A stretch of 64,000 bases of DNA, from positions 20,336,001 through 20,400,000 of the forward strand of contig NC_042998.1 of the NCBI RefSeq assembly GCF_006345805.1. Reading direction: 5' to 3'. This stretch comes from Octopus sinensis. Taxonomy: Eukaryota. Both the position numbers and the translations under genes were made by a program. Every line of letters begins with the position of its first letter. Positions within the stretch are counted from its first letter, which is position 1. A model generated the notes under the pieces. It was not told where the DNA came from and searched no databases. It saw only the letters and a program-made list of their open reading frames with translations. Shown one piece after another: positions 13,043 through 26,349 of the stretch.

Positions 13043-13114
13043 CACTATTTGTATAGGTTCGAGGCATGTTCAGACACAAAATATATTGGTCGTTGTAGTG
13101 TACGCCAGAGGAAA
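13043..13114 (-). CDS. Possible internal coding exon (phase 1-1)
   Basis: Consensus donor g|gtaagt; open frame SSGVHYNDQYILCLNMPRTYTNS; acceptor weak; adjacent to a degenerate (ACTT)n tract that can mimic donors. Confidence 0.2.
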
Positions 13115-13198
13115 CTAACTTCACTCTTTTACGACAACAGTAATATAGGACATTGGAGTTTCGTTGTGTCACGTCCGCCAGAAGCAACAGCAACACCA

Positions 13199-13385
13199 GT
13201 GGATGCGCAATGGCCGAGTGGTTAGGGCAGCGGACTCGCGGTCGTAAGAACGCGGTTTCGATTCCCAGACCGGACATTGTGAGTATTTATTGAGCAAAAA
13301 CACTTAAGCTCCACGAGGCTCCGGCGGGGTGGGGGTGAACCCCGCTGTACTTTTTCACCACATCTTTCTCTCACTCTTTCTTCCT
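13199..13385 (+). mobile_element. SINE family B, 5' part
   Basis: tRNA-like head and body matching 57006; tail absent. Confidence 0.85.
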
Positions 13386-13811
13386 ACTTTTGCCACAAAG
13401 CAGAGGAATTATGGTGTAACCCAATATGGTGGGGTAAACTTTCAGACCCTAGTCTAGATTGCGAATCCTCTGTACCCCAGTATGGTTGAGCTCTCCACCT
13501 GTTAAAAGCCACCGTTTACTGAATGAGGATAACAACGTAGCTTTCGCGCCCGTGCAACCGCCAGTCTATCGAATGTGGTGGGTGGATCTTCAAGTTGCCA
13601 CACGCATTCTTAGTAGCTGAGAGTAGGCTCGAATTAGAGATTATTTTTTGTGGCTAATGGCGTGAATCCTGAGAAGAAGAAGAGGAAGCCTCTGACCTTA
13701 TCTATAATTTCAACGAGCAAATTGTTTGCTGAACAATGTTTACAGCTTCCGACCGATAGAAAACCGTTATTTGCACCATGTACAGTGAGAACTGGAACGA
13801 ATATTTGCGTA

Positions 13812-14316
13812 CCGTAAATCCTCGAGTATTGTCCGCCCTTGAGTATATTACGCAGGGGATTTTTAGGGGACTGTACCTCTGAAAAACCTAAACCTTGTGT
13901 ATAATACGCACCTCTTCTCTAACTTGAGTCAAGGAGGTCTATATAACGTCCTTGGTTTGTAAAAATGTATTGTAAAAATTATTATTGTATATATAACATA
14001 ATGCAAACGTTTAGCTTTTTTGTGCATTTTGTTTGCAGAAAATAAAGTAATAACAGTAATAACGTTTAATAAATGTTGCTTACTGCAAGTTATGGATGAT
14101 CCTTTTATGACTTCATTGCTTTCAGGCTTAGCTTAAGGTATTTTCGCGCCCGACATCACAAAATGCGTCTGAATACACATAGCCAGACAGCAAATACAGA
14201 CTCGGACATTGCTTAGAAAATAATTTTCATTTTTAACCTCGTATATAGTACGCACTAGGGATTTTCGACCTTTAAATTTTGGGGAAAAAATGCAAACTAT
14301 ACTCGAGGATTTACGG
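13812..14316. mobile_element. Non-autonomous Tc1/mariner-superfamily (pogo/Tc2-like) MITE
   Basis: 18-bp TIR ccgtaaatcctcgagtat/atactcgaggatttacgg, TA on both sides, subterminal repeats of gtata..acgca. Confidence 0.85.
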
Positions 14317-14507
14317 TATTTATTCTAAACATATCTGGGCAGATTCAGACGCAAAATGTGTTGTTGAATGTAATGTACGTCATAGAAGAATCGTTTCAGA
14401 TTTCGCTGAAGAAGGTGCAAATAACGTTGTTTTTTCTTAACAGCAAACTTACTTATTTCATACTTACATGGTTAAGTACTGCTTATAAATACATGCACAT
14501 AATACAT

Positions 14508-14798
14508 AATCATCATCATCACGTGACCGACCAGTCCATCAGATGTAGTTACACATCGCTGGTCACAATGCCTTCGAATGACGCCACCCCGCTGGCTAAG
14601 CGAGCAGGCCAACAGAAGAAAGAGTGGGAGAAAGAGTGGTGAAAGAGTACAGCAGGGATCACCACCCCCTGCCGGAGCCTCGTGGAGCTTTTAGGTGTTT
14701 TCGCTCAATAAACACTCACAACGCCCGGTCTGGGAATCGAAACCGCGATCCTACGACCGCAAGTCCGCTGCCCTAACCACTAGGCCATTGCGCCTCCA
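14508..14798 (-). mobile_element. SINE family B, tail type 3
   Basis: 12-bp TSD cacataatacat (14496-14507 / 14799-14810); tail ends ggtcacgtgatgatgat. Confidence 0.9.
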
Positions 14799-14831
14799 CA
14801 CATAATACATATGTTACATATATATTAAATA

Positions 14832-14993
14832 CACTCAGCTGGCAAAAATGAGTAGTACCTGTATTTCATGGGACCAGCCTTGTCATATTCTGTGTCAAGC
14901 TGACTCTCCCTGGGAATTACGTTAAATGCTTACGTGCCCGTGAAGTGTTCAGCCACTTGTACGTCAGTTTTACGAGCAAGCTGTTCGGTTGAT
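14832..14993 (+). mobile_element. SINE fragment (family D body plus tail type 1)
   Basis: cactcagctggcaaaaatgagta followed by tail-1 sequence. Confidence 0.7.
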
Positions 14994-15011
14994 TGCCGGT
15001 TATTGAATACA

Positions 15012-15609
15012 AAGGCGGCGAGCTGGCAGAAACGTTAGCACGCCGGGTGAAATGCTTAGCGGTATTTCGTCTGCGTTACGTTGTGAGTTCAAATTCCGCC
15101 GAGGTCGACTTTGACTTTTATCCTTTCGGGTTCGATAAATTAAGTACCAGTTACGCACTGGGGTCGATGTAATAGACTTAATACCTATGTCTGTCCTTGT
15201 TTGTCCCCTCTGTGTTTAGCCCCTTGTGGGTAGTAAAGAAATAGGTATTTCGTCTGCGTTACGTTGTGAGTTCAAATTCCGCCGAGGTCGACTTTGCCTT
15301 TCGTCCTTTCGGGGTCGATAAATTAAGTACCAGTTACGCACTGGGGTCGATGTAATCGACTTAATACCTATGTCTGTCCTTGTTTGTCCCCTCTGTGTTT
15401 AGCCCCTTGTGGGTAATAAAGAAATAGGTATTTCGTCTGCGTTACGTTGTGAGTTCAAATTCCGCCGAGGTCGACTTTGCCTTTCGTCCTTTCGGGGTCG
15501 ATAAATTAAGTACCAGTTACGCACTGGGGTCGATGTAATCGACTTAATACCTATGTCTGTCCTTGTTTGTCCCCTCTGTGTTTAGCCCCTTGTGGGTAAT
15601 AACGAAATA
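15012..15609 (+). mobile_element. SINE family C trimer (one head plus three 183-bp units)
   Basis: Units start at 15061, 15244 and 15427; 14-bp TSD ggttattgaataca (14998-15011 / 15610-15623). Confidence 0.92.
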
Positions 15610-15699
15610 GGTTATTGAATACATATTTCTTTCATATATTCTAATATATTTATTCTTTGCATACTTGCTAACTCATTACTTCCTAATCTAATTATGACC

Positions 15700-16172
15700 T
15701 GGACCAGCTGGGTCGGCCAGGCTGCCTAGTGCCGAGTCAGCTCCGCTGGCCACAGCATTCTCTCCATTCCCTGCGTACTCTCACCATTCTCATCCACGTT
15801 GTTCCAAACATCATTATTAAATCGTCTTCCCACCTGATTGGAGGTCTTCCAAGTGATCTCTTCTCCTCGTGCGGGTACCACTCGGTAACTGCACGGCTCC
15901 ACCGATTGTCTGTGAACCTCGCGACATGACCGGCCCATCGTAGCTTTGCGTGGTGATATTCTGCGACGATGTCCTTCACTCCTGTTCTATTCCCGATCAC
16001 CTCGTTACGGATGTGACTCTTAGTGAGATTCCCCACATCGACCTTTCCATGGCTCTCTGAGCTGTAAGTAGATGTTGTTCTTCTTTCTTCGCCAAGGCCC
16101 AAGTCTCACATGCGAATAGCATTGCAGGCAAGACGGTGCTGTTGAAGAGATTGGTGCGAGTTTCCTTGTCTA
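15700..16172 (-). pseudogene. RTE-clade LINE 3' fragment
   Basis: Translation LFNSTVLPAMLFACETWAL...KLRWAGHVARFTDNRWSRAVTEWYP..KRSLGRPPIRWEDD, a typical RTE ORF C-terminus. Confidence 0.85.
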
Positions 16173-16306
16173 GGTGAAGGATGTGCTGAAGGTGAACTTA
16201 ATTATATAATCAAAAAGAAATAGGGCCGTCTATCGTTATTGAATATGTCATTGTATCACCATAGAACAAGCTTTCGCTTGTTAGTAGTTCCCATTACTGT
16301 AGGTGT

Positions 16307-16560
16307 AGAGGCGCATGGCTTAGTGGTTCATGTGCTGGACTCATGATCGTAAGATTGTGGTTTCGATCCTGGACCGGGCGACGCGTTGTGTTCTTCAGCA
16401 AAACGCTTCATTCCCTGTTGCTCCAGTCCATTCAGCTGACAAAAGTGAGTCATCCTGTGACGGACCGGCGTCCCTTTTCAGGTGGGGAATTTATATGCCA
16501 TGAAAACCGGGAGGCCGGATCTTCTGAGTCTATATGACTCGGGAAGGAACTTTACTCTTT
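16307..16560 (+). mobile_element. SINE family D with type 2-like tail
   Basis: Similar to 48276-48537 (tRNA-like head, gtgttcttcagcaaaacgcttc..ttgctccagtcca). Confidence 0.8.
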
Positions 16561-18361
16561 ATCTTTTTGCTGAAGGTTCCCATGTAGTCGCAAGACAAGT
16601 TAAACATCCTTTTGATCCTTCTATCCTTGAGCCAGTGAAACATTGGCTAAGCTGTTATGGCTAGTAGGAATAAAAGTTGCACAATATTAATTTATTAGTA
16701 TTTTATCTACTGAAAGCAAAGCCTGTTAGTTCAGCCACCCGCTCTGAAGATATAAACTGAAAGCGTAAAACAGAAGGGAAGAGAGTGAGAATAAGAAAGA
16801 TTTGTTCACTGATAATTTTGTTAAACAAGGGGCTAACATAGGGTTGCTCAATGTACTGAAAACCCCAGACAAATTTCCCGGCCGCATTTTATTTTTGCAA
16901 ACAAAATAGTGCTTGATATTTAAGTAATGAGATTGTCATAAAGTAACTGTAACACCGTCCATCATACTTTTTTCTACGGAAGTGGAAATAAAGATTTTAA
17001 AAAATTTATTTTGAAATATTCTCCGGGGAACAAAAAGTCAGAAAAAAATACTGCAGAGAATTCTATCTGAAAATCTAAGCTCTGACAACTCAATGTCTTA
17101 ATTAACTTATTTATTTAAACATTATCTATTTACTTAATACTTATCACTTACTACTTACTAAAATAATTACATACTTGCTAGCAAAACACCATCCTCTGAA
17201 GGTTTTGTGGTCAATGAACTCATTTCTTAACCTTCCTATCTCTCCTTAATTTCCTCTCTCCTTCTTTCCCTCTCTGCTTTACACTTTCAATTTCTTATCT
17301 TCAGAAGAGAAATTAACAAGCTTATTGGTTTATTACTTCAGCAAAATAGTCGCCTTGACTTGTTTAGTTAGGAAAGGTGACAATAGTAGAGATTTTCACC
17401 ATTTTCATATCGTTATTATTAGTCAACTTATTTACGCACTTATTACTACATTGAAAGACGTATGAATATTACATAATATCTTTTACTTCAGCCGTCTATT
17501 AACCCCATAAATCTTAGTCTATTATAGACTACGTCTGAAACGGAAATGTAATGTGTCATTCGTGATAAATGTTTCTATACAAATAGCACCGAACAGATAT
17601 TTAGCAACAATATACAATGATATTTAATGGTCACGTGTATTAACTTATGCAACAATACGACATCTAAGGTTGGGATTTAATCAATCGACCCTGTCGGGCT
17701 CGATAAAATAAAGTACCCCTGAAGGACACAGAGTATTGATGAAAGCTATACATTTCTTTAAAACGGGTGGCTTTGTGCCTTTGATAGAAATCAACGTAGC
17801 CAATACTTAATCTCTCTATTTAAATGTGAATCGTCTGTATTTATGCTTCCCTTTTATACAAAAGCTACAAAACGAACATTCACAACCATATATATTATTA
17901 TTCACCATCTTACATGGAAAATTTTTGTAGCATATTTTGACAAAAAACAACCAAGTATCCTTTATACTAAGTTCTGCTGTCTTTCAAGAAGGGCGACAAA
18001 GAAGAAAATCAACTGGAATGGCATACTATTTGTAAGAAGTAGAAACGCAAAAAGTTAGAATAGAGTGGAAATGTTATTATATAAAAGTATCGGAAATCTG
18101 TTTGTGTGACGTAAATCTTATATTTATTCTTCCTCCTTCACTCTATCTTTAATCTTTTACACCAACTCTCTCTCTCTCTTCCTCTTTCCCTCTCTTTTCT
18201 CTCTCTCTCTCCATCCTTCACTGGAATAGTCGAATAGAGGAAGAAATTGAGAATGAAAATAACTCAAGAAGAGAGAGAGAGATACATAGATGGAGAGAAG
18301 GGGGGAGTACTGGCGATCAACCCCAAAAGCATGAAAGGGAAAGTCTACCAGGGCAGAATAA

Positions 18362-18590
18362 TACTCTTTTCTACTCTAGGCACATGGCCCGAAATTTTAA
18401 GAGAGGCAGGGCCAGTCGATTTCATGGACCCCAGTAAACAACTGGTACTTAATTTATCGACTTCGAAAGGATGAAAAGCGAAGTCAACCTCGGCGAAATT
18501 TGAACTCAGAATGTAAAGACAGACGAAATACCGCTAAGCATTTCGCCCGGCATGCTAACGTTTCTTATTTCTTTACTTCTCACAAGGAGA
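18362..18590 (-). mobile_element. SINE family C with a fused tail of a second unit
   Basis: Reverse complement of family C; junction gctaacgtttc|ttatttcttt. Confidence 0.8.
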
Positions 18591-18889
18591 TGAAAGTCAC
18601 TAAAAGGGTCGCGAAGAGTGACTAAAGAGCTTCGACTAACAAACAGCACATTGCTTGACAACCAACGCTGGTGTGTTTACGCCCCCGTAACTTAGCGGTT
18701 CGGAAAAAGAGCAACACATTTAATAACCGAACGATGTATTAGTTGGTTATTTAACCAATAGGCTAAGAATAAAGAAGTGATGTTGAACCAGCGCTTGTGT
18801 TATTATTTGTGTGGTGGATCCCCTCCCCCCAGGATACAACAAGACCAGTAAGGTAAATAAACCTAAATACTTTCATTATGTCAATATAA

Positions 18890-19290
18890 GAGTGGCTGTA
18901 TGGTAAGTAGCTTGCTTACTAAGCACATGGTTCCGGGTTCAGTCCCACTGCGTGGCACCTTGGGCAAGTGACTTCTACTATAGCCTCGGGCAGACTAAAG
19001 CCTTACGAGTGGATTTAGTAGACGGAAACTGAAAGAAACCCGTCGTATATATGTATATATATGTGTGTGTCTGTGTGTGTGTATATATATATATGTTTGT
19101 GTTTGTCCTCGAACATTGCTTGACAACCGATGCTGGTGTGTTTACGTCCCCGTAACTTAGTGGTTCGGCAAAAAAGACCGATAGAATAAGTACTAGGCTT
19201 ACAAAGAATAAGTTCTGGGCTCAATTTGCTCGACTAAAGGTGGTGCTCCAGCATGGCCGCATTCAAATGACTGAAACAAGTAAAAGAGTA
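18890..19290 (+). mobile_element. SINE family A
   Basis: Matches family A throughout. Confidence 0.9.
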
Positions 19291-19458
19291 TGGGTGGTGA
19301 TCCGGCAGAACCTTTAACATGCAATAAAATTCAGCTTGTGGCATTTCATCCGGTTTTATGTCCGAGTTCAAATGAGGCCATGGTTGTCTTTGCCTTTCAG
19401 CCTCTCGGGATCAACAACATAAGTGTAGCCTCTTATGTATGTCTATGTGAATGATGAG

Positions 19459-19742
19459 TGGAAGCACATGGCCTAGTGGTTAGAGCAGCGGACTCGCGGT
19501 CGAGGGATCGCGGGTTTGAATCTCAGACCGGGCGATGTGTGTGTTTATGAGCGAAACACCTCAGCTCCGGCAGAAGGTAATGGCGAAACTTCTGCTGACT
19601 CTTTCGCCGCAACTACTTTCTCTCACTCTTTCCTCCTGCATCTTGCAGGCGTCCGTCCAGGTGGGGAACCTATACGCCAAGAAACCGGGAAACCGGCCCT
19701 AATGAGCCAGGCATGATTCGAGAAGAAACAAACAACAAAATA
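19459..19742 (+). mobile_element. SINE family B, tail type 2
   Basis: 11-bp TSD tgaatgatgag; tail gaaaccggccc..atgagccaggcatg..tcgagaag. Confidence 0.88.
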
Positions 19743-20062
19743 TGAATGATGAGCTAACAAATCAACAGGAGAGATTTTAACGCGTTAGCAAGATATGATA
19801 GATATATATATACGGACTAATTTTACCTCATACTAATTTAATACGATACGCAGGCATCGCTGGATACCGCTTCCAATAACAACAAAATACATTTCGCGGC
19901 GTTTTACATTACGCTATTAGTGACTATATAGATATTTAATGATGGTATAAACGATATTTAATTATGTCTCCCATCGTAATTAGAGATGTTATGCTCAATT
20001 ACTAATGATTTATTATCAAACGATATAAAATTATGTAATGATATATTTTCAGATTATATATA

Positions 20063-20322
20063 TTTTATCTTTTATCTTTTTACTGGTTTCAGCCCAGGGC
20101 TGAGGTTATGCTGGAGCAACACCTGTAGTTACTCGGTGTTGTTTCCGATATTGTTTTTGGTGAAGTAGCGAGTTGGACGGAGCTGTTCTTCTATGCGTCT
20201 CCTGCCGCGATGTAGGTTGATCTGGTATCTGACAGAAATCTGTCCAGACGTTCCTTGAAAACTTCCACATCAACACCAATAAGATCTCTAAGGTTGCCTG
20301 GAAGGATACTGAACAATTGCGG
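20063..20322 (-). mobile_element. CR1-like LINE 3' fragment (divergent subfamily)
   Basis: Translation PQLFSILPGNLRDLIGVDVEVFKERLDRFLS; terminal stem-loop cagccc-t-gggctg. Confidence 0.8.
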
Positions 20323-20442
20323 TTCTTTATATATATATGTGCAATATTTTAGGCTGGCATAAAAAATATTTAACGATGACAAAAACACAGGCATAAATCA
20401 ATAATAATAATGATAATTATTATTATTGTTGTTGTTGTTATT

Positions 20443-20733
20443 GTGGAGGCACATGGCCTAGTGGTTAGAGCAGCGGACAAGCGATCGGGGGATTGCGGAT
20501 TCAAATCTCAGACCGAGTGAGCGAAACACCTAAGCTCCACGCGGCTCCGGCAGAAGGTAATGGCGAACTTCTGCTGACTCTTTCGCCACAACTTTCTCTC
20601 ACTCTCTCTCCTCCTACATCTTGCAGCTCACCTGCGACGGACCTGTGACCCGTCCAAGTGGGGAACCTATACGCCAAGGAAACCCGAGAAACTGGCCCTT
20701 ATGAGCCAGGCATGACTCGAGAAGAAACGAACA
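20443..20733 (+). mobile_element. SINE family B, tail type 2
   Basis: Similar to the copies at 19459 and 23241. Confidence 0.85.
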
Positions 20734-20735
20734 GA

Positions 20736-21577
20736 AATTGTCTGACAACTATGACTGGGTTCTCCTGCTAGTGTAGCATGGTACTGAGTCGTGTTGCCAG
20801 ACATTGAATTTTCCAGCAACCCCTCTCTTGACCCAGGGAAGCACTACTTTGATATAGGCAACTATGTTGAGTGTGAGGCCGTGTGGAAAGATGAATGGAG
20901 GCATAACGTCGCCATCACTTGTGATCATTCCAAACACCATGATGTTGACTGGATGTTAGATTTTTATCACTCTCTGTACATGTTTTGGAGATACGCACAT
21001 CCAACGGTTGTTCTGTGTTCGCCATCTTAGCCTGGCAGAATTTTTTTCTCGTGTGAGAAAAACCCAAAGCATGTTCGGTTGGAGGGGGGATCCTTGATGC
21101 CCCTTTTTCATCTTGTATGAGGAATACTGAATGTCTTCATGTAATATCTGCCTCACAAGAAACTCAAACACTTGGTGATGGACCTGATTGATTTGGAGGG
21201 ATCGTTGTCAATCATGGCCTGAATCTCACCAACAAATTCAGGAGTTCTTTTCTTATCAGAATGATCGGAGTGAATTTTCCGAGCTGCCGTATCTTAGTAA
21301 TCACTATTAGACTCATCCAACTCTTTCCGAATCCTCTGCACTGTCCTCAGATTGAAACCCAAACATTCTGAAATGTTCGTATTGGAGCTTCCGGCGCAAA
21401 TGTCAAGCTTTACAGCATGTCGTTTCCAAATTTCTGGTGGAATGAATTTCGTCATGTTACTGTTTTTCTCACAGACAGTGCACAACTATACTGAGTAGTC
21501 AGCAAAACCAAAAACAAACAATACGCATGCGCGAAATTAAAAATATAAAATGGCGACAATTTACTCATCACACCCTG
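20736..21577 (-). pseudogene. Truncated Tc1/mariner-superfamily transposon, DD37D/maT-like
   Basis: One end TA|cagggtgtgatgagtaaattgtcgcc; decayed transposase HTH (LGFNLRTVQRIRK) and MVFGMITSDGDVMPPFIFPHGL..PWV..WQHDSVPCYTSRRTQ; 3' part missing. Confidence 0.8.
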
Positions 21578-21865
21578 TATATATGTGCATATAGACATAA
21601 ACATATACATACATATACATATACGTGTATATATATATGTATATATATGTATATATATATGTGTATATATGTGTATATATATATGTGTGTATGTATGTTT
21701 GTATGTATGTATGTTTGTATGTATGTATATATGTTTGTATATATGCATGTATGTATATATATGTATATATATATATATATAAATACACATATATATATGT
21801 GTATATATATACATATATATATACATATATATTCATACAAACATATATATACATATATATATATT

Positions 21866-21907
<42 letters not shown>

Positions 21908-21960
21908 TATATTTAAGTTTGTATGTATGTATAGACACACACACACACACACACACACAG
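21578..21960. repeat. Compound AT/GT/AG/AC microsatellite
   Basis: Directly visible. Confidence 0.95.
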
Positions 21961-23240
21961 TCTCCTTTCAACAATGCTATTTCATAATATATATTTTATG
22001 AAACCTACTTCAAACATACTTGAAAACGAATAATGTGTATTTTTATTGCACTCTGTTTCAGTCATTCGTAATGTCTTTGCAGCCATTGACTGAAAAGAGA
22101 GTTATAATGAACAAGAGAAGGGGGAAAAAAACAAACTACTGAACACAAAAAGACCGTTTCCTTCAGTTTCATTCATAACTACTATTTTTCTACAAAAACA
22201 TATTTGTTCAAATTAACAGAAGAAAGTGACGCCATATATAGAGAATGATCCGAAAATAAAAGACAATACTGTTATTATTGATTACTTTTCGTTTCCGCTC
22301 TTAGCGAAGTACATCTCGTAAACTTCGTCAAAGTTTTATTTTAAGTTATGTTCTTTTCTTTTGTTTTATGAGATACGATTTCAGTTTAAAGTAATTTTTA
22401 TGGTACCGTGTGTTGTTTCTTACGACAGCAATTACTGTTTATACTCTCTTTTATTGATTTTGTTAGTTAAACAGGATAGATTCTAGAAAGCAGGGAAAGA
22501 GTCAAAATAATCTACTTATTTTATCGACAATAGAAAGATAGCAAATAAAATACGCCCCAGAGGTCCATTTGAGCCAATTTAGATGCAGTAAATACTATAA
22601 ACCACTTCGTCCGACAGTCTTGTTTTTCAGGCGGTTATATGTCTCTGGTTCCTTTTACCTTTATTTGTTATACAGACGCGAAATTGCCCTTTTATAGAAG
22701 GAAATATATTAAGGATGAATTAGAACTTTGTATATATATAGTATAAATTTCTATTTTATTGAACGCAAAAATATGAAAAGTAACGTTTTCAAGTGTTTCT
22801 ACTCTGCTGGCCGCTTCTATAAGTATTTTTCTACGTATATCGATTTCGTCTGCTTTTCCTATCGCCTTAGTAAATCATTGGATAAGAGAACTGAAGAACA
22901 CATTCACATATATTACACAAACTTTGACTAACGTTATTACCAAGCCCATTTTTAATTCACAGAAAATTCATTTATGTCTTGTCTGCAAATGTTTACATCT
23001 AAAATTAGGCTGTAAGCATCATTACATTACATTACATTACCAATCTGTCTGGTGTACCTGTGCATCATTAAGGCAAATTTATGATGGTTAAGAGAATTAA
23101 GAGGCAAGCTAAGAGCTGGCTAACGAGAAATATGTATAAAAGCGTGTTATAAAGTTTTTTCTGTTATGTAATCTCCTTGTTTAGGCCCAAACCTACTCAG
23201 CAACAATGAAAGTATCCTCAAAATCGTTCTAATCATGTAT

Positions 23241-23539
23241 GCTGTTTGTTCCTCCTCGAGCTATCCCTGGCTCATAAGGGTCGGTTTCTCGGTTTCCTTG
23301 GCGTATAGTTTCCCCACCTGGACGGGACGCAGGTCCGTCGCAGGTGAGCTGCAAGATGCAGGAAGAAAGAGTCAGAAGAAGTTGTGGCGAAAGAGTCAGT
23401 AGAAGTTCGCCATTACCTTCTGTTGGAGCCGCGTGGAGCTTAGGTGTTTCGCTCATAAACACACACATCGCTCGGTCTGAGAATCGAACCCGCGATCCCT
23501 CGACCGCGAGCCGCTGCTCTAACCACTGGGCAACTCCAC
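23241..23539 (-). mobile_element. SINE family B, tail type 2
   Basis: 12-bp TSD ctaatcatgtat (23229-23240 / 23540-23551). Confidence 0.9.
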
Positions 23540-24164
23540 CTAATCATGTATAGTATATTTAAAATTACTAAATCCGACGCATGCTTCCGTTTCTTTCTTT
23601 TCTTTAGTGACAGACTTAACTTTCAGGCTTTGGGGATCTGGTATTTTTAACAGGTTAGTTGAACACATAGAAAGTCTTAAATGGGTGCTGTCGGACCTTG
23701 TTCTTTGCATATCTTCCTTTTATAATTAGGCTATTGTTAGAATAAATAATTCAGTACAGCAAAATTCTTCCGCTCACATTGTCTCTCTCTCTCTCTTTCT
23801 CTTCCTTGGTCTTCATACATATATATATATATATAATGGTAATCTGTATATTATACTTTAAGCTGAACAATGCATCTGCTTTAGGTATGATATACAGATT
23901 GCTACTGTCTTCGAACTGGTATTGTTTTTGCCACATGTAACGAATATATGTGTGTGCGTGTGGAAAAAATTTTATCGTCATTACTTGTGAGGGAGGTGGG
24001 GGCCGAAGAACCTATATTGCCAGAAACAAAAGTGCAATATAGGTGCTTCAGCACACTCACTCACAATTAGAGACAACACAATTTTTCCTTGATGGTATTA
24101 TATTATGCTAGCTGTTTACATTATATTGTATATTTTCTATACATATATATATATAAACTTAGAT

Positions 24165-24474
24165 CAGTGCTACTCAAAGCGGTAGGCAGCATACCGGTAC
24201 TGGTCCACGAGCCATCAGCTGCTGGTATGCAGCGAGTTTCCAGAAAAGAAAGAAACATTAGAAAATGCTTATAAAATGCTTATAAAATGCTTGTAAAATG
24301 CTTATGTAATATTGCATTATTTGTTTACAAAATAAATGTAAGATAAAACAAGTTGTCAATTTTTATTATATTCATTATATATATTGTTTCTAGTATACAT
24401 TAATATTACCAGTCCCTGGCACAATGGAAAACATAACTGCCGGTACGGCACATCAGGTAGTTTGAGAAGCACTG
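24165..24474. mobile_element. hAT (Charlie-like) MITE
   Basis: TIR cagtgctactcaaa/tttgagaagcactg; perfect 8-bp TSD acttagat. Confidence 0.9.
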
Positions 24475-24494
24475 ACTTAGATAACTTAGATATA

Positions 24495-25835
24495 TTTCGA
24501 CCAAAGATGGGTCCAGTCCATGTCTAACTTAAGAACACCTACTAATAGGATTAGCTAAATCCTTTTTAAGTCAAGTTTTGTGGTATCATGGTCCCTTCGA
24601 GTAGGGAGTTCTTGTTAAAGGAATTGTACCCAGGTATATTTGGTTTATCTGTTATCCCTTAAAGAAATTTGTCTAGATTTTGTTTAAATGTGATGGGATC
24701 CTTTTCCTCTTTGATTTGTTTCGGGACAATGTTAAATATGACAGGACCTAATAAAGAACAGAAATTGTGTTGCAGTGTATTTATGTGTTGTGATCTTGAA
24801 TTAGATAGGGGATGTGTGGCCCTTGGTCCTAGCTTTGGATGAATTTTGAAGCTGATGTTGAGGTCGTTTGGGCAATGCTGATGGTATATTCTCCACATCG
24901 TGCAAATGATGTATTGATCGCGGCGGCGCTGGAGAGAATAGAGTTTCAATGCTTTCAAGCAATCCAATAATCAAGATCAGTTATGCCCTTAATTATTTTA
25001 GTAATTGTTCTCTGGAGTGATTCAATTTTCGAAATGTTTCGTTTTGTATAGAAGACCACAAGGGTCAGCAGTATTCGAGGTGTTGCCGTACAAAGAAGCA
25101 GAAATGATGAATGATGACACCTTGCTATCCGGACCGGAAGATCCTTAGGATCCAGGAGCTCATCCTACGTGTTATATCGATTTATTGTTGATGTGGGCAC
25201 TCTAGCTGAGATTGTTGCTAACAATTACTCATAGGTCCTTGATAGCATTAGATGCTGTGAGTGGTCGCCCGGAAGGAAGAGAGTATGACTGTTTTAGCAT
25301 AGTCTTTCTTCCAAAATGCATCAGTTCAAATTTTCCCCCGCTTAGTTGCATTTTGTCTTTGCTTGCCCATTGACTCACAGCATGTAGATCAGACTGGAGT
25401 TCAGTTCGGTCTTCTTTCCCATTGATAATTTTCTAGAGCTTGGAGTGGAATCATCAGCGAATACTTTTACTTTGCTGTGTGTGTTTTATGACGCTGGAAA
25501 GGTCGTTTATATAGACTATAAATAGAAGCGGGCCAAGACAGTCCACGAAGGCACACCACTGGTGACTTTTGCTGGGCTTCAGTAGATTCCACCGAACACA
25601 GCATGTTGTTCTGTTCACCAGGAAATACTCAATCTAGTGTAGTAGTTGTCCACGGATTCCACCATTTGACAATTATGACAATTGGATATTGTGGTAGATT
25701 CTATTGAACACTTTACTGAAGTCAAGATATACGACATCAGAGTTCGAACCTGATCCCAAAGCTTTAAGAACATCATCGACGTTGTGTAAGAGCTGTGTTA
25801 GACAGTCCCTGCCGCAGCGAAAGCCATGCTGATTT
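24495..25835 (-). pseudogene. Decayed CR1-group LINE (second family), RT plus C-terminus
   Basis: QHGFRCGRDCLTQLL, VYLDFSKVF, FADD (tcatcagcgaa at about 25451-25461), LYSLQRRRD motifs; many frameshifts. Confidence 0.85.
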
Positions 25836-26011
25836 GAACACACACACGAACACAAGGAAATGGATAACAGTGAGCAAGTCAAAAATTCGAGGTCACAATC
25901 AATGTTTTCTTTGTAATTAATATATACCCTACTAAAAACCAATTAAATTGGTTTCTATATATATATCTTCGTAAAGACAAACATAAGTCGATAGATAGAT
26001 GGATAGATAAA

Positions 26012-26260
26012 TCCTTAAATCCTTAAAATTGTTTCAGCCTGAAAGCTGCGGCCATGCTGGGGCACCGCCGTTGACTGTGCTACACTAGTATGTGAAACCA
26101 TCTCTGATACGTGGCACTTGGTCAACAAGGGTGTTCGATACCGCTGCCCGCATCTATGTTTCTTGCCGAGAGGTAGGCTCATCCGGAACCCCTGACAAGA
26201 AGAGATCGTGTTTAAGCCCACATCCACACTAGGCAGTGCTCTCAGGCATTTAGGAAGGAA
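26012..26260 (-). mobile_element. CR1-like LINE 3' fragment
   Basis: Similar to 63150-63405; tail ggcggtgccccagcatggccgcagctttcaggctgaaac plus (ttaagga)n. Confidence 0.8.
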
Positions 26261-26317
26261 GGGTAAACAGACAGACAGATACATACATACATACATACAT
26301 ACATACATAGAAAGATT

Positions 26318-26349
<32 letters not shown>

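Noticed and set aside
15061-15609. CRISPR array or retrozyme interpretation of the 183-bp tandem
   Set aside because: No unique spacers, eukaryotic context, and no CUGANGA core seen on either strand of the unit.
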